Both the position numbers and the translations under genes were made by a program. DNA of 64,000 nucleotides from an uncultured Gammaproteobacteria bacterium (GTDB taxonomy: Bacteria > Patescibacteriota > Patescibacteriia > S139-126): the NCBI GenBank assembly GCA_964620905.1, contig CAZUKA010000001.1:519646-583645 (forward strand), read 5' to 3'. Below are positions 47,035 through 60,347 of this stretch, piece by piece (within the stretch, counting starts at the first letter, position 1; the number at the start of each line of letters is the position of its first letter). The notes under the pieces were generated by a model. That model ran no database searches and was not told the origin of the DNA. It worked only from the letters and a program-made list of their open reading frames with translations.

Positions 47035-48876
47035 GTGAATTTTTCGTGGTTAACAAAAATCACCAGCTTAGTTAAGTACTGGTTGAAAAAATTATTTTAT
47101 CGCAAAAAAGCTGAGGATATAAACCAAGTGGCCAATTTAGAAGCTTATGACCAAAATCTGGTTTTACGTTTCTCACCGAGCCGCTTACCTGGTTGGCAGC
47201 AATTAAAATATTTGCCTCGCTTTTTGAATAATAAAGAAAAAAAACAAGCTTGGTTTTTATTATCTACCAGTATTATAGCTCTGCTAATTCTAGCTTTTAG
47301 TATAGCTTGGCGACAAACTGTAGTCATAGCAAAAGTCGGTGGCAGCTACACTGAGGCTTTAATAGGAACTCCTCAATATATCAATCCGATTTTTGGCACC
47401 AGTGATGTTGATGCAGATATTAGCAAATTAATTTATGCTGGTTTACTCCGCTATAATGAACAGCTAGAATTGGTAAATGATTTAGCAGAAAATTATGAAA
47501 TATCGCCTGATGGAAAAACTTATACCTTTACACTTAAACAAAACTTACACTGGCATGACGGTCAGGAAATAACTGCCAAAGACATAGCTTTTACCATGAC
47601 AATGATTCAAGACATTCGAAATAATTCTCCCCTAGAACCATCCTTTCGCGGTGTTAAAATAAACCAACTGGATGACTTTAAAATTCAATTTGTTTTGGAA
47701 AAACCATTTGCTCCTTTTTTGCATAGTTTAACTGTCGGAATACTACCAGCACACGCTTGGGAAAATATTTCAACTACTAGCTATAAATTAGCTGAACTTA
47801 ATTTGAAACCAATCGGTGCTGGTCCCTGGAAATTTGCTGGGCTGAAAAAAAACAAAGATGGGAATTTAATATCCTATGCCTTAGTTCCATTCGCTGATTA
47901 TTACGGACAAAAACCCTATTTAAAAAATCTAAATTTCAAATTTTATCCAAATTATGACTCGGCTTGGCAATCATTTCAGGAACAAAATGTTGATGGTATT
48001 AGTTACATCACCAAAGAAAAAAAATCTTTACTGGCCAAAAATAAAATGGCTGTGTTGTATGAACTACAACTACCCCAATACACTGCAATCTTTATCAACG
48101 AAGCAAATAACGAAGTTTTACGAGAAATAAAAATTAGATTAGCACTTGAACTAGCAATTGATAAAAATAAAATTTTAGCTGAGGTTTTTGGTGAAAATGC
48201 TAAACCCTTATTGGGCCCATTGTTACCAGGTATTCCGGGATATAACCCCGAACTTAATCCCAATCCATTCAATCAAGATCAAGCCAAACAAATATTGACC
48301 GAATTGGGCTGGCAAACCAAAGAGGGTGAACAATTTTTGAGCAAAGAAGATAAAATTTTACAATTTACCATCACCACCGTTGATTTTGTTGACAATACAA
48401 AAATTGCCAATATCATTAAGCAACAATGGGAGGAAATTGGCATTAAAACCAACATAAATATTGTCAGCGCCAGTTCCATACAAAGAGAAATAATTCGACC
48501 GCGCCAATATGAACTTTTATTGTTTGGTGAAATTTTGGGATCAGATCCTGATTATTTTCCTTTCTGGCATTCTTCACAACTAAAAGATCCGGGGTTTAAC
48601 CTTACATCCTTCAATAATAAAAGAGCCGATGCCATTTTAGAAAAATCTAGAGCCACTATGGATTCTATTGAAAGAGAAGAATTGCTTAAACAATTTGAAA
48701 ATATTATTTTAGAATATAAACCTGCTATCTTTTTATTTCAACCAACTTACAGTTATCTACTACCAAAAAAAATAAAAGGTGTCGCCACTGACAGAATAAA
48801 CATTCCCAATGATCGCTTCAACAATATAGTCAATTGGTATATAAAAACCAAACGACGTTTTACCGAAGTAAAATAA
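47035..48876 (+). CDS. ABC transporter substrate-binding protein, family 5 (peptide/nickel), membrane-anchored.
   Basis: N-terminal transmembrane anchor. SBP_bac_5-type motifs (PDGKTYTFTLKQNLHWHDG and others). Confidence 0.75.
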   Translation: MNFSWLTKITSLVKYWLKKLFYRKKAEDINQVANLEAYDQNLVLRFSPSRLPGWQQLKYLPRFLNNKEKKQAWFLLSTSIIALLILAFSIAWRQTVVIAKVGGSYTEALIGTPQYINPIFGTSDVDADISKLIYAGLLRYNEQLELVNDLAENYEISPDGKTYTFTLKQNLHWHDGQEITAKDIAFTMTMIQDIRNNSPLEPSFRGVKINQLDDFKIQFVLEKPFAPFLHSLTVGILPAHAWENISTTSYKLAELNLKPIGAGPWKFAGLKKNKDGNLISYALVPFADYYGQKPYLKNLNFKFYPNYDSAWQSFQEQNVDGISYITKEKKSLLAKNKMAVLYELQLPQYTAIFINEANNEVLREIKIRLALELAIDKNKILAEVFGENAKPLLGPLLPGIPGYNPELNPNPFNQDQAKQILTELGWQTKEGEQFLSKEDKILQFTITTVDFVDNTKIANIIKQQWEEIGIKTNINIVSASSIQREIIRPRQYELLLFGEILGSDPDYFPFWHSSQLKDPGFNLTSFNNKRADAILEKSRATMDSIEREELLKQFENIILEYKPAIFLFQPTYSYLLPKKIKGVATDRINIPNDRFNNIVNWYIKTKRRFTEVK

Positions 48877-48890
48877 ATTTGAACAAAACT

Positions 48891-48977
48891 GCCGGAGTGG
48901 TGAAATTGGCAGACACGCATGGTTCAGGGCCATGTAGCCGCAAGGCTGTAGGAGTTCAAATCTCCTCTCCGGCACCA
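48891..48977 (+). tRNA. tRNA-Leu (CAG), long variable arm, CCA encoded.
   Basis: 87 nt. Acceptor gccggag/ctccggc. Anticodon stem catgg/ccatg with loop ttCAGgg. T-arm aggagttcaaatctcct. Confidence 0.85.
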
Positions 48978-49141
48978 AACTAGATTTGGCCATTGAGATA
49001 TTAGCTTCTCACCAACGAAATTGACTCATCAATAGATACACCTTGGCATATCACCTTAAATACAATAAAGATAAAACATTATCTTTTAATAAATGCCAAT
49101 CAACTGGCATAAAATAATAATTAAAAATTAAATTTATATTT

Positions 49142-51019
49142 ATGAATCCGAATGCAGTAGCTGATACCACGAGCAACTTGCTTGAAAGTATAGCGAAAAA
49201 AACAAAAAATCATTCAAACAAAAACAGAAGGAATCGTGATCAAAAAACACACTCCAAACAAAGATTTTCCCGATCAAAACATTATCACCAACCTCTAACC
49301 CATGCGGCTAGTAAAAAACCAACTAAAATCTTGGATACTAAACTAGTCAAATCAGAAAAAAAATTGAGAATTATCCCGCTAGGAGGACAAGAAGAAGTTG
49401 GCCGTAATATGACAGTTTTTGAATACGGGCAAGATATTGTAATTCTGGATATGGGACTACAATTTCCCGAAGAAGATATGCCGGGAATTGATTATATTAT
49501 TCCCAATATTTCTTATCTTAAAGGTAAAGAAAAAAATATCCGCGGGGTAATACTTAGTCACGGACATCTTGATCACATCGGTGCAGCGCCAATTTTATTG
49601 GAACAACTTGGTAATCCTTTAATTATTGGTCGTGATCTGACTTTAGCATTAGTTAAACACCGACAAGAAGACTACAAGAAAGGTTCAGCGCAAAAACTTA
49701 AAACCTTAGCAATAAAAAATCTAAATCAAACCCTAGCTTTGGGAGGATTTCGGGTTGGTTTTTTTCAGGTAGAGCACTCTATCATGGATGCGATGGGAGT
49801 AATTTTAGAAACACCCCAAGGCACAGTACTACATCCAGGTGACTGGGCGCTGGAAAAAGATCCCATGCGCGGACAACCAATCACTTATCATCAACTTGCC
49901 AAAGTAAAAAGGCCATCTATCTTGATGTTGGAAAGTCTTGGTTCTACTTCCCAAAAACAACGTGTACCAGAAAAGGTTATGCATGAAAACTTACAAAAAA
50001 TTGTCTCCACTGCACCGGGACGGACAATTATTGCTACCTTTTCTTCACAAATTCAAAGGATCAAAGAAATCTTGGAGTACGCGGAAAAAATCGGAAAAAA
50101 AGTTGCCCTTGATGGCTATAGCATGCGACTAAATGTGGAAGTAGCAAAGGAACTTGGTTATATAAAAATAAAAAGAGATACTCTAATTACTATTGACCGG
50201 ATCGCAGATTATCCCGACAAACGTATAATTGTCATCTGTACTGGTGCTCAAGGCGAAAGCCAAGCGGTTTTACATCGTATTATTCAAGGATCACATAAAC
50301 ACATAAAAATACAAAAAACTGATACGATTGTATTTTCTTCATCAGTAATCCCTGGTAATGAAAGATCCATTCAAAGATTAAAAGACAATCTCTACCGCCT
50401 GAGCGACAACGTGATTCATTCTGATATTATGGATGTACACTCATCTGGCCACAGTTCAATCTCCGACATTAGAGAAATGCTCAAAGAAATAAAACCAGAT
50501 TACTTTTTGCCGGTTTATGCCAATCATTACTTTTTGAAAGAAGCGGCTAAACTAGCTTATCAAGAAGGTATGTCCAAAGATAAAGTCGCAGTACTTGATA
50601 ATGGTTCTATTTTTGAAATTTATAACCATAAAACCAATCTAATTCATGGTTCCATCAATACTGATTACGTATTCGTTGATGGCTTGGGAATTGGTGATAT
50701 CTCCAATGTAGTCCTTAGAGACCGACAAGTAATGGCCGGCGAAGGCATGCTAGTAATTATTGCTACGGTGGATAGTAAAACTGGAATGCTTATAGGAAAT
50801 CCCGACATTATCTCCCGTGGTTTTATCTATATGAAAGAAAACAAAAAATTGGTGGAAGATACGCGCAAAAAAGCCAAGGAAATTTTGAAAGACAAAGATC
50901 CCCGAACCAGTGCCAATCAAACTTTCCTCAAAGAAAAATTGCGCAATGATTTGGGTAAATTTTTATTTCAAAAAACTGAAAGAAGACCATTGATACTTCC
51001 AGTTATTATTGAAGTATAA
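49142..51019 (+). CDS. rnj: Ribonuclease J (metallo-beta-lactamase/beta-CASP) with a basic N-terminal extension.
   Basis: VILSHGHLDHIGAAP metal-binding motif. Beta-CASP motifs. 625 aa including an ~80 aa K/R-rich N-terminus. Confidence 0.85.
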   Translation: MNPNAVADTTSNLLESIAKKTKNHSNKNRRNRDQKTHSKQRFSRSKHYHQPLTHAASKKPTKILDTKLVKSEKKLRIIPLGGQEEVGRNMTVFEYGQDIVILDMGLQFPEEDMPGIDYIIPNISYLKGKEKNIRGVILSHGHLDHIGAAPILLEQLGNPLIIGRDLTLALVKHRQEDYKKGSAQKLKTLAIKNLNQTLALGGFRVGFFQVEHSIMDAMGVILETPQGTVLHPGDWALEKDPMRGQPITYHQLAKVKRPSILMLESLGSTSQKQRVPEKVMHENLQKIVSTAPGRTIIATFSSQIQRIKEILEYAEKIGKKVALDGYSMRLNVEVAKELGYIKIKRDTLITIDRIADYPDKRIIVICTGAQGESQAVLHRIIQGSHKHIKIQKTDTIVFSSSVIPGNERSIQRLKDNLYRLSDNVIHSDIMDVHSSGHSSISDIREMLKEIKPDYFLPVYANHYFLKEAAKLAYQEGMSKDKVAVLDNGSIFEIYNHKTNLIHGSINTDYVFVDGLGIGDISNVVLRDRQVMAGEGMLVIIATVDSKTGMLIGNPDIISRGFIYMKENKKLVEDTRKKAKEILKDKDPRTSANQTFLKEKLRNDLGKFLFQKTERRPLILPVIIEV

Positions 51020-51090
51020 TTCGATCAAAATTCCCGCTAAACAGCGGGTTTTTGATTGAAAAAAAATATAAAAGGTGTTAAGTTATCTTT

Positions 51091-52071
51091 ATGAAACAAT
51101 CAACAATACTTTTTTCTGGAATTAAACCAACGGGTATTCCTCACCTCGGCAATTACCTCGGGGCGCTAAAAAACTGGGTAGCTTTGCAAAACGACTACCA
51201 GGCTATCTATGCCTTGGTTGATTATCACGCTTTGACTATAGACATAAAACCAACTGAACTAAATACCAACTCTTATACTTTGGCAAAACTATTAGTGGCT
51301 ATTGGTTTAGATCCTGACAAAGTTATTTTATTTGTCCAATCACATGTGCCGGAACACACGGAACTGGCTTGGATTTTCAACTGCCTAGTGCCAGTTGCAG
51401 AAATGGAACGCATGACCCAATACAAAGATAAGGCAACAACGCACAAAAAAAATATCAATATGGGACTGTTTGATTACCCAGCATTGATGGCAGCTGATAT
51501 TTTACTTTATCACGCACAAGCTGTACCGGTCGGAGAAGATCAACTGCAACATTTAGAGTTAACCAGACTTATCGCGAAAAAATTTAATCAGCGCTACGGA
51601 CAATACTTCATTGAACCACAAGCACTAGTAACTCCAGCCAAACGTATTATGTCATTACACCTACCTGATAAAAAAATGAGTAAAGAACTGGGTGAGTCAA
51701 GTTATATTTCTTTACTTGATACACCGGATACAGTTGTCAAAAAAGTTGCCCGCGCGGTTACTGATACTGGACCACAAACTACTGCCATGTCGGCGGGAGT
51801 AAAAAATCTATTTGCTTTACTTGAATATCTAGATAAAACGGACACCTATAATCAACAAATTAGTGAATATAAACGAGGTACCTTAAAATATGTTGATTTA
51901 AAAACTGCTGTAAGTACTGCAATTAATCAAACCTTAAAACCAATTCAAATAAATTATAAAAAAATTTCTGATCAGGCCATAAAATCAATTTTGCATACTG
52001 GGGCACAAAAAGCCCAAATAATTGCCCGTAAAAATTTAAGTGAGATCAAGAAATTGGTTGGTTTGATATAA
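51091..52071 (+). CDS. trpS: Tryptophanyl-tRNA synthetase.
   Basis: Class I HIGH-region GIKPTGIPHLGNYLG. KMSKS-like KMSKEL. 326 aa. Confidence 0.9.
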   Translation: MKQSTILFSGIKPTGIPHLGNYLGALKNWVALQNDYQAIYALVDYHALTIDIKPTELNTNSYTLAKLLVAIGLDPDKVILFVQSHVPEHTELAWIFNCLVPVAEMERMTQYKDKATTHKKNINMGLFDYPALMAADILLYHAQAVPVGEDQLQHLELTRLIAKKFNQRYGQYFIEPQALVTPAKRIMSLHLPDKKMSKELGESSYISLLDTPDTVVKKVARAVTDTGPQTTAMSAGVKNLFALLEYLDKTDTYNQQISEYKRGTLKYVDLKTAVSTAINQTLKPIQINYKKISDQAIKSILHTGAQKAQIIARKNLSEIKKLVGLI

Positions 52072-52171
52072 TATTAATAAACAAAAATAACCCCACTTTT
52101 TGGTGGGCTTTTTATTTCCAATTAAAACCCTTTCATTTTTATGAAAGGGTTAAAGAGAGAAAAGAAAAGAG

Positions 52172-52846
52172 TTAGACCACTGCTACACGGCAACGGAGAC
52201 GGCCGTCCTGAGCGTCAGGGAGAAACCAGAAGACCTCGAGCTTACTACCGTCCCAGAAGACGTCCGGGACGAAGTCGTCGCCAAAGCGAGAACCAGCACA
52301 TAAGGTAATGTTAGCAACATCCAGATGTTGACCAGTCTCTTGATAGAACTTAAGTTCCATTAAAAGCCGCTCTTCTAGAGTAATACCAACAATTTTCTGT
52401 TGCTTAATTTGATTGGCGGAGATGTTTTTCATCTCCTCATCTGCTTCCAGGCGATCTCTAAGCCAAATGGCATAAGCGCCGTTTGCAGAAGTACGGTCAG
52501 AGGTTATTACCTCATCCAAAGATTTATCAGTGTATTTCCAAGTTGAAAACAACTCGGAACATTTATTGAATAAGACTTGGGGTGTCATGCCGGGAGCAAC
52601 AATTATTAATCTGTCAAAACCTGATTTTTTATCAGGAATAGAGATTTCAGAAAAATCAAATTCCAGATTGAATAGATTTTTGTAGAAATTTTGCCAATCG
52701 ATCAATTGAAAAAAAATTATTCCTAGAAAATGCTGTAAGCTTTGTTTTGTTATTCGCCCTGATTCAATCTGAGCAAAAAATTCTTTAAGCTGGGCGGGTG
52801 TTGGTGATTCCTCACTCCAACCAGCGACATGCGATTTTGACATCAC
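52172..52846 (-). CDS. Hypothetical protein. The 3' ~150 nt are anomalously GC-rich.
   Basis: 224 aa. No recognised motif. The coding 3' end at 52172-52330 is about 55-60% GC against an ~33% background. Confidence 0.4.
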   Translation of the reverse strand: MMSKSHVAGWSEESPTPAQLKEFFAQIESGRITKQSLQHFLGIIFFQLIDWQNFYKNLFNLEFDFSEISIPDKKSGFDRLIIVAPGMTPQVLFNKCSELFSTWKYTDKSLDEVITSDRTSANGAYAIWLRDRLEADEEMKNISANQIKQQKIVGITLEERLLMELKFYQETGQHLDVANITLCAGSRFGDDFVPDVFWDGSKLEVFWFLPDAQDGRLRCRVAVV

Positions 52847-53041
52847 ACACCTCCTAATGGTTTATATTTTATTGGTAAAGTGCCTGAGCTAACAAAAAAC
52901 ATTTATTTATTTTGTTAGCCATTTATCATATTCTTTCTTTGCTAAATTGTCAAGATTAAAATATAAATATTCACTGACTTTAAAAAATAACCCCGCGGAT
53001 GCGGGATTATTTTTTTATATCTAAAAAGATCAAAATCTATT

Positions 53042-56000
53042 TTATTCTATACGCTTGGGTTTAGCATATTTACCAAAACCAGTACCGGCTGGAATCAAGC
53101 GCCCGATAATTACATTTTCCTTCAGACCCCGCAAATAATCAACTTGACCGGTGATAGCTGCACTGATTAAAACTCTGGCTGTTTCCTGAAAGGAAGCTGC
53201 TGATAACCAAGATTCAACTGTAAGAGAAGATTTGGTAATGCCCAACAATAGTTCTTCACCTTTGGCGGGATTTTTACCTTTTTTTAAATTGCTATTGGCT
53301 TGTCTAAACACCCAACTTTCCACCACTTCCCCAGTCAATAGATTGGTATCACCCGGATCTTTGACAATAATCCGCGAAAACATTTGCCGAATAATTATCT
53401 CAATATGTTTATCATTCAAATTCTGTCCTTGAGAGGTATAGATAAACTGAATTTCTTTCAATATATATTTTTGAACTGCTTCTTTTCCTTTTAAGCGATA
53501 CAAATCGTGCAAATCAAGTGATCCTTCAGTAATAGCATCACCAATATTGATCAATTGACCATCTTCTACTACCAAATTGTAAGTATTGGGTATAATCCAC
53601 TCTTTGACGCTACCCTTATCACCAACCAAAATTACTTCTTCTTTAGATACTTTCACCTGACCAGAAAAATCAGCCTTTACTTTACGATCACTACTGACCA
53701 AAACTGTATCTCCGGCTGATACTTCATCTTTATCTTTGACGCGCAATTTTACATTTTGAAAATCTTCCAACTTATAAGTAACTACCTGTGGCTCATCAAA
53801 AGTTACCCTGACAACTCTCTGTTTGGGCTGCCTTTCGATTTTTACTTTTCCTCGCACGTCGCTCATAAAAGCTTTTTTCTTGGGATTTCTACCTTCAAAA
53901 ATTTCTTCTACCCTTGGTAAACCTTGGGTTACATCAGATTCACCAGCAACACCACCAGTATGAAAGGTACGCATGGTCAACTGTGTTCCCGGCTCACCGA
54001 TTGATTGAGCGGCCATAATACCTACCGCGGCACCAATTTTTACCGGCTGATTATACGCTAAATCAAAACCATAACATTTGGCACAAATACCATGTAAGGA
54101 ACGACAACTATAAACCGAACGAATAGTAATCTTGTCTAAATTCAAATTCATAATTTCTTTGACTTGGGCTTTACCAACAGCTTCTCCTTTTTTGACAATT
54201 ATTTTACCAGTTTTATCTTTAATATTCTCCAATACCACCCGACCAAACAAGCGATTGGCTATGTTTTCACCCATATTTTCTGAATCCTCTTTGGTTAGTA
54301 ATGTTCCTTGCTCATCACCACAGTCTTCTTCTTGGACTACAATATCTTGAGCTACATCAATCAAACGTCTGGTTAAATAACCAGCATTGGCTGTACGTAG
54401 AGCAGTATCGGATAAACCTTTGCGCGCGCCGTGTGTAGAAATGAAATATTCCAAAACATCAAAACCTTCCTTAAAGTTTGATTTCACCGGCAATTCAATA
54501 ATATCACCAGCTGGGTTGATCACTAAACCCTTCATACCTACAATCTGTGTCAGCTGTCCCCAGGAACCTCTAGCACCTGATTCAATCATTGAGCTCACTG
54601 AACCATTGATATCAATTACTTTTTTACTAGCTACGGTTATTTTATTTTTTACTTCAGTCCAAACATCAATAACTTTTTCTCGTCTTTCCTCATTGGTCAA
54701 TAATCCTTGTTCATACTGAGAAAAAATTTGTTTAACTTGCAGCTCAGCCTCCTGTAGAATTTCAGCTTTTTCTGAGGTTATATTTAAATCATCCATTCCC
54801 CACGACCAACCAGACAAAGTTATATAATTGAAAGCTAAATTCTTTATATCGTCAAAAGCCTTAGCAGCCACAGTAAAACCGTAAGAATCAATAATATCAC
54901 TAACAATTCCTCGAATTACCTTTTTATCAACCAATTGATTGATGAAAGGTAAACCTGTGGGCATAACTTCATTGAATAGCACCCTACCTACCGAAGTAAT
55001 AACAAATTTATCATCAATTTTTATTTTAACGGGAGCGCGTAAGCCAATTTTACCAAAATCGTAAGCCATTTTAGCTTCAGCAGTTGAAGCATAATATTTT
55101 ACTTTTTTTTCATCATAATTTCCATCAATATATGTCATATAATAAGCCCCCCAAACAATATCTTGGTTGGGTGTGACCACTGGATCTCCAGTGGCTGGTT
55201 TCAATAAGTTCTGCGCTGACAACATCATTTCCGCTGCTTCTTTTTTTGCTTCTTCGGTCAAAGGTACATGAACGGCCATTTGATCACCATCAAAATCAGC
55301 ATTGAAAGCTGTGCAAACCAAAGGATGTAATTGTATAGCCTTACCTTCAATCAGCACCGGTTGAAATGCTTGAATGCCCAGGCGATGCAAAGTTGGTGCG
55401 CGATTCAACATCACATGACTGTGATTGGTAATATCTTCCAAAATATCCCACACTTCCGCATGTCCGGCTTCAATATAGCGATTAGCGCTACGCACATTAT
55501 GAACGTATTCCTGTTTTATCAATCGGGAAATCACAAATGGTTTAAACAGTTCCAAGGCCATCATCTTTGGAATACCACACTGATTTATCTGTAGATGCGA
55601 TCCGGCAACAATCACGCTTCGACCAGAATAATCAACACGCTTACCCAATAAATTTTGCCGAAATCTACCCTGTTTTCCTTTTAACATATCAGCAATTGAT
55701 TTGAGCTGACGTTTTTGTCCGGTGGAAGCAGTGACAGTTTTGCCATGACGAGCTGAATTGTCAATCAAAGCATCCACCGCCTCTTGTAACATACGCTTTT
55801 CATTGCGTTGAATTACTTCTGGTGCGTTTAAATCAATCAATCTTTTTAAACGATTGTTGCGATTGATAACACGACGATACAAATCATTTAAATCAGAAGT
55901 GGCAAACCGACCACCATCAAGTGGTACCATAGGTCTCAGATCGGGCGGGATAACCGGCACGACTGTTAAGACCATATCTTCGGGACGAATATGATTGCGT

Positions 56001-56956
56001 ATCAAACTCTTAACCAATTGCAATCGACGATGTATTTTTTTACGTTTAGCACCATGAGATTCAATTACCTCTTTCTCCAAATCATTGACCATACCATCCA
56101 AATCAATAGCTGACAATAGTTTGTGAATTGCTTCCGCGCCGATATAAGCTTCAAAAATATGACCGTACTTAAGAGATAAATCTTGGTAAGTATGTTCGGA
56201 AATAACTTGTTTGACAGCTAAATCTTCAAGTTCGCGTTTAGCAATCTTGACTGCCTTTTCCAATTCTTTTACCTTTTTAGTTTTATTTTCCAAAATTATG
56301 GCTTCCCGGGAAGTAAAATCGTCAGCCAATTTTTTATATTTGGCACTATTCTTATCTAAATCAATAAAAACTTTGGCTTTTTCTTTATTTAAATTATCAA
56401 TAGCCTGTCTAGTTTCTGCTTCAATACTTTTTTGCCTCCCCTTAAATTCACCATCAATCTGACTAATTAGTTCCGCTTTTTGTGTTTCGTCAACATCAGT
56501 AATAATAAAATTGGCAAAGTAAACAACTTTTTCTAATTCTTGAGCAGACATATCTAGCATCAAACCAACGCGTGACGGGATACCGCGTAAAAACCATATA
56601 TGAGCAACCGGTGCGGCCAAACTGATATGACCCATACGTTCGCGGCGGACAAAACTTCTAGTTACTTCTACACCGCATTTATCACAGATAATACCTTTAT
56701 ACCGAATTTTTTTGTATTTACCACAATAACATTCCCAATCTTTGGTAGGACCAAAAATCCGTTCACAAAACAACCCATCCTTTTCCGGTTTTTGGGTACG
56801 ATAATTAATCGTCTCTGGTTTAGTCACTTCGCCACGCGACCAACGAAGAATATCATGAGGTGAAGCTAACCGTAATCTAATAGCATTGAACTCTAATTCT
56901 TTGCCACCTTCATGAAAAAGAGTTGAAATTGTTTTTGTAGTTGAGGGGTGTGACAT
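53042..56956 (-). CDS. rpoC: DNA-directed RNA polymerase beta' subunit (RpoC).
   Basis: NADFDGDQM catalytic motif. Zinc-binding Cys. Over 1300 aa. The start was trimmed to the MSHPS Met (56956) to remove an artifactual overlap with rpoB. Confidence 0.93.
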   Translation of the reverse strand: MSHPSTTKTISTLFHEGGKELEFNAIRLRLASPHDILRWSRGEVTKPETINYRTQKPEKDGLFCERIFGPTKDWECYCGKYKKIRYKGIICDKCGVEVTRSFVRRERMGHISLAAPVAHIWFLRGIPSRVGLMLDMSAQELEKVVYFANFIITDVDETQKAELISQIDGEFKGRQKSIEAETRQAIDNLNKEKAKVFIDLDKNSAKYKKLADDFTSREAIILENKTKKVKELEKAVKIAKRELEDLAVKQVISEHTYQDLSLKYGHIFEAYIGAEAIHKLLSAIDLDGMVNDLEKEVIESHGAKRKKIHRRLQLVKSLIRNHIRPEDMVLTVVPVIPPDLRPMVPLDGGRFATSDLNDLYRRVINRNNRLKRLIDLNAPEVIQRNEKRMLQEAVDALIDNSARHGKTVTASTGQKRQLKSIADMLKGKQGRFRQNLLGKRVDYSGRSVIVAGSHLQINQCGIPKMMALELFKPFVISRLIKQEYVHNVRSANRYIEAGHAEVWDILEDITNHSHVMLNRAPTLHRLGIQAFQPVLIEGKAIQLHPLVCTAFNADFDGDQMAVHVPLTEEAKKEAAEMMLSAQNLLKPATGDPVVTPNQDIVWGAYYMTYIDGNYDEKKVKYYASTAEAKMAYDFGKIGLRAPVKIKIDDKFVITSVGRVLFNEVMPTGLPFINQLVDKKVIRGIVSDIIDSYGFTVAAKAFDDIKNLAFNYITLSGWSWGMDDLNITSEKAEILQEAELQVKQIFSQYEQGLLTNEERREKVIDVWTEVKNKITVASKKVIDINGSVSSMIESGARGSWGQLTQIVGMKGLVINPAGDIIELPVKSNFKEGFDVLEYFISTHGARKGLSDTALRTANAGYLTRRLIDVAQDIVVQEEDCGDEQGTLLTKEDSENMGENIANRLFGRVVLENIKDKTGKIIVKKGEAVGKAQVKEIMNLNLDKITIRSVYSCRSLHGICAKCYGFDLAYNQPVKIGAAVGIMAAQSIGEPGTQLTMRTFHTGGVAGESDVTQGLPRVEEIFEGRNPKKKAFMSDVRGKVKIERQPKQRVVRVTFDEPQVVTYKLEDFQNVKLRVKDKDEVSAGDTVLVSSDRKVKADFSGQVKVSKEEVILVGDKGSVKEWIIPNTYNLVVEDGQLINIGDAITEGSLDLHDLYRLKGKEAVQKYILKEIQFIYTSQGQNLNDKHIEIIIRQMFSRIIVKDPGDTNLLTGEVVESWVFRQANSNLKKGKNPAKGEELLLGITKSSLTVESWLSAASFQETARVLISAAITGQVDYLRGLKENVIIGRLIPAGTGFGKYAKPKRIE

Positions 56957-56966
56957 AAAATCTAAT

Positions 56967-59900
56967 TTATTTTTTTCTTGGCTTTTTGTCTTCGCTTTCA
57001 CTCTCTGATTGGACAATACGACCATCTTTCAATAACTCAACTTCTAAAGCCAAGCCTTTTAATTCGCGTACTAAAACATTAAAGGATTCAGGAATATTTA
57101 ATTTTTCAATTGGTTCACCTTTGATGATTGATTCATAAGCTTTGCTACGACCTGGCACATCATCGGATTTGATGGTCAACATTTCCTGTAAACTATAAGC
57201 TGCTCCATAAGCTTCCAAAGCCCAGACTTCCATTTCACCAAACCGTTGTCCGCCAAATTGAGCTTTGCCACCCAAAGGTTGTTGCGTCACTAGTGAATAG
57301 GGTCCGATTGAACGTTGGTGGATTTTATCTTCCACCAAGTGGTTGAGTTTCAACATATACATAATGCCAACAGTAGTTTTATTTTGAAATGGCTTGCCAT
57401 TACGACCATCGTACAACTGAATCTTGCCATCTTCAGGTAAACTAGCAGCTGCCAATTGTGATTTTATTTCTTCAATAGTAACTCCATCCAATGAGGGTGA
57501 AGCAACATTATAACCCAATTTACTGGCAGCATAACCAAGATGGACCTCCAATAATTGCCCCAGATTCATACGAGAAACAATTCCCAAGGGATTGAGTAAA
57601 ATATCAATTGGCCTACCATCAGGCAAAAATGGCATATCTTCTTCTGGTACAATACGTGAAATCACACCTTTATTACCATGACGACCGGCCATTTTATCTC
57701 CTACCTGCACCTTACGCAAAGAAGCGACTGATACCTGAATAGTCTTAATTACCCCGGCTGGCAACTTATCTCCATTTTCCCGAGAAAATACTTTTATATC
57801 CACCACTTTGCCATGTTCACCGTGTTCCAAATACAAGGATGAATCTCTCACATCCTTGGCTTTTTCACCAAAAATAGCTCGTAATAATTTTTCTTCAGCT
57901 GAGAGTTCAGTTTCACCTTTGGGGGTGATCTTACCTACTAAAATATCTCCCGAAGAGACCTCAGCACCAATTCTAACAACTCCGTCCTCATCCAAATCTT
58001 TCAATTTTTCATCACCCACATTGGGAATATCACGGGTAATAACTTCGGGACCCAATTTGGTATCACGAACATCAATTGTATAGTCTGTAATATGAATAGA
58101 ACTATAACGATCATCGCGTACTACTTTTTCCGAAATCAAAACCGCATCTTCATAATTTCCTCCTTCCCAAGTCATAAAAGCAATCAACATATTCTGACCC
58201 AAGGCCAACTCTCCTCCTTGCGTAGCTGGACCATCCGCTAATATATCACCAGCTTGTACTTTTTGCCCCAAGTCAACAATCACAATTTGATTCATACAAG
58301 TCGAGGCATTGGAACGCAAAAATTTACCCAAACGGTATTCTTTGGTTTTGCCAGATTTATTTTTTACTACAATATGTCCGGCATCAATCTCAACAATTTC
58401 CCCATCTTCTTCGGCTATAATCGTATGACCGGAATCATAGGCTGCCCGTCTTTCTACACCGGTACCGACTACTGGAGCTTGGGGCTTAACTACTGACACA
58501 GCTTGACGTTGCATATTTGTTCCCATCAAAGCTCTTACCGCATCATCATGTTCAACAAAAGGAATTAACGAAGTTGAAACTGACAATATTTGTTTAGGTG
58601 AAACATCCATATAATCTACCGAATCAACTTCCACAATAGTTGGTTTGTGTCCAACTCTAGCTTCTACCCATTGATCCATAAAATATCCGCTTTCATCAAT
58701 TTTGATTGTCGCCGGCACTGTCACCACTCGATCTTCAGAAAATGCATCCAAATAATCAATCTCCGCGCTAACTCGTGGTTTTACTAAAACTTTTTTAATC
58801 CCACTTTTAGCTAACAATTGGGCTGTCTCTTTATTTATCTGTTGCCCTTTTTTAACTATCACTTTGCTAGTTTTAGGATCAACTATATCCTCCCTACTGA
58901 TTTCACCAACTGTAAATTTAGAATCATTATCTACTTCTTTTATCACCCGTCGGTAAGGTGTTTCAATAAAACCAAATTCGTTGACTCTAGCATAACTAGC
59001 TAAATGACCAACTAAACCAATATTAGGTCCTTCTGGAGTGGCAATCGGACAAATTCTCCCATAATGCGTTTGATGTACGTCCCTAACTTCAAAACCAGCT
59101 CTCTCTCTAGATAACCCACCCGGACCCATCGCTGATAAACGACGCTTGTGTTCCAATTCGGCCAAAGGGTTGGTCTGATCCATAAACTGAGATAACTGCG
59201 AAGACATAAAAAATTCTTTAATGGCGCCTATCAATGGTCGAGCGTTGATCAATTGATTCGGTGTTAAAGTATTTATGTCCAAAGTAGACATTCGATCTCT
59301 GACAATACGCTCCATTCGTGCCATTCCAACTCGAAATTTATTTTGTATTAATTCACCAACTGCTCGTACTCGTCGGTTGCCCAAATGATCAATATCATCA
59401 GCCGCTTCTTGTAAAATATTCAACCTAATTATCTCTGTGATGATCATGATCAAATCTTCCCGGCGTAATACCCGATTTTCCGGCGTATTATCTACCTGCA
59501 TGTTGAAACGTTGATTCAATTTATACCTGCCTACCCGACCAAAATCATAACGATCAAAACGAAAAAACATAGCGTGAATCAAACTTTTAGCATTTTCAGC
59601 GGTGGCTAAATCACCTGGACGAATACGCTTATAAACTTCTATCAAACCATCATCTTCGTTTTTAGTTGTATCTTTATCCAAGGTAGCTTGAATAAAATGA
59701 TGATTGGGATCATTATCAATGTCTTTAAATAAATTGATAATCTGTTCATCACTGCTATAACCAAAAGCGCGCAATAAAGCAGTGATAGCAACTTTTCTTT
59801 TTCGATCAATCTTGACGTACAAAACATCATTGAGATCGGTTTCAATTTCCAACCAAGCGCCGCGGTTGGGAATAATTTTGGCTCCATAATATTTTCTGCC

Positions 59901-60347
59901 CCGGATAATACTGGTAGTAAAGAAAACACCTGCACTTCGTATCAACTGTGACACTACCACTCTTTCAATACCGTTGACAATAAAAGTACCCCGATCAGTC
60001 ATCAATGGAAAATCACCCAAATAAATCTCTTGTTCTTTGGTTTCACCAGTCCGTTTATTGATCAATCTGACTTGAGTACGTAAAGGAGCTTCATAAGTAA
60101 CATTTTTTTCTTTGGCTGTTTGTTCGTCAAATTTTGGATCATCTAAATAATAATCTGTAAAATAAAGCTCCAAATCACGTCCAATAAAATCTTTTATTGG
60201 GTTTATCTCGGAAAAGAGTTCTTTTAAACCTTCATCAAAAAACCATTGATAAGACTGTTTTTGCACTTCAATCAAATCAGGCAGTTTTAGGACCTGTTTA
60301 TATTTAGTGAAATATTTACGCTCCAGCGAAGTAGTTTTTACAGACAT
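56967..60347 (-). CDS. rpoB: DNA-directed RNA polymerase beta subunit (RpoB).
   Basis: 1126 aa. Conserved beta-subunit blocks ([32 protein letters not shown]). Immediately upstream of rpoC. Confidence 0.95.
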   Translation of the reverse strand: MSVKTTSLERKYFTKYKQVLKLPDLIEVQKQSYQWFFDEGLKELFSEINPIKDFIGRDLELYFTDYYLDDPKFDEQTAKEKNVTYEAPLRTQVRLINKRTGETKEQEIYLGDFPLMTDRGTFIVNGIERVVVSQLIRSAGVFFTTSIIRGRKYYGAKIIPNRGAWLEIETDLNDVLYVKIDRKRKVAITALLRAFGYSSDEQIINLFKDIDNDPNHHFIQATLDKDTTKNEDDGLIEVYKRIRPGDLATAENAKSLIHAMFFRFDRYDFGRVGRYKLNQRFNMQVDNTPENRVLRREDLIMIITEIIRLNILQEAADDIDHLGNRRVRAVGELIQNKFRVGMARMERIVRDRMSTLDINTLTPNQLINARPLIGAIKEFFMSSQLSQFMDQTNPLAELEHKRRLSAMGPGGLSRERAGFEVRDVHQTHYGRICPIATPEGPNIGLVGHLASYARVNEFGFIETPYRRVIKEVDNDSKFTVGEISREDIVDPKTSKVIVKKGQQINKETAQLLAKSGIKKVLVKPRVSAEIDYLDAFSEDRVVTVPATIKIDESGYFMDQWVEARVGHKPTIVEVDSVDYMDVSPKQILSVSTSLIPFVEHDDAVRALMGTNMQRQAVSVVKPQAPVVGTGVERRAAYDSGHTIIAEEDGEIVEIDAGHIVVKNKSGKTKEYRLGKFLRSNASTCMNQIVIVDLGQKVQAGDILADGPATQGGELALGQNMLIAFMTWEGGNYEDAVLISEKVVRDDRYSSIHITDYTIDVRDTKLGPEVITRDIPNVGDEKLKDLDEDGVVRIGAEVSSGDILVGKITPKGETELSAEEKLLRAIFGEKAKDVRDSSLYLEHGEHGKVVDIKVFSRENGDKLPAGVIKTIQVSVASLRKVQVGDKMAGRHGNKGVISRIVPEEDMPFLPDGRPIDILLNPLGIVSRMNLGQLLEVHLGYAASKLGYNVASPSLDGVTIEEIKSQLAAASLPEDGKIQLYDGRNGKPFQNKTTVGIMYMLKLNHLVEDKIHQRSIGPYSLVTQQPLGGKAQFGGQRFGEMEVWALEAYGAAYSLQEMLTIKSDDVPGRSKAYESIIKGEPIEKLNIPESFNVLVRELKGLALEVELLKDGRIVQSESESEDKKPRKK

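Noticed and set aside
56967-57025. Apparent 59-nt overlap between rpoB and rpoC.
   Set aside because: This is an artifact of longest-ORF calling. RpoC most likely starts at the downstream Met (MSHPSTT..., about 56956), which gives a normal short intergenic gap.
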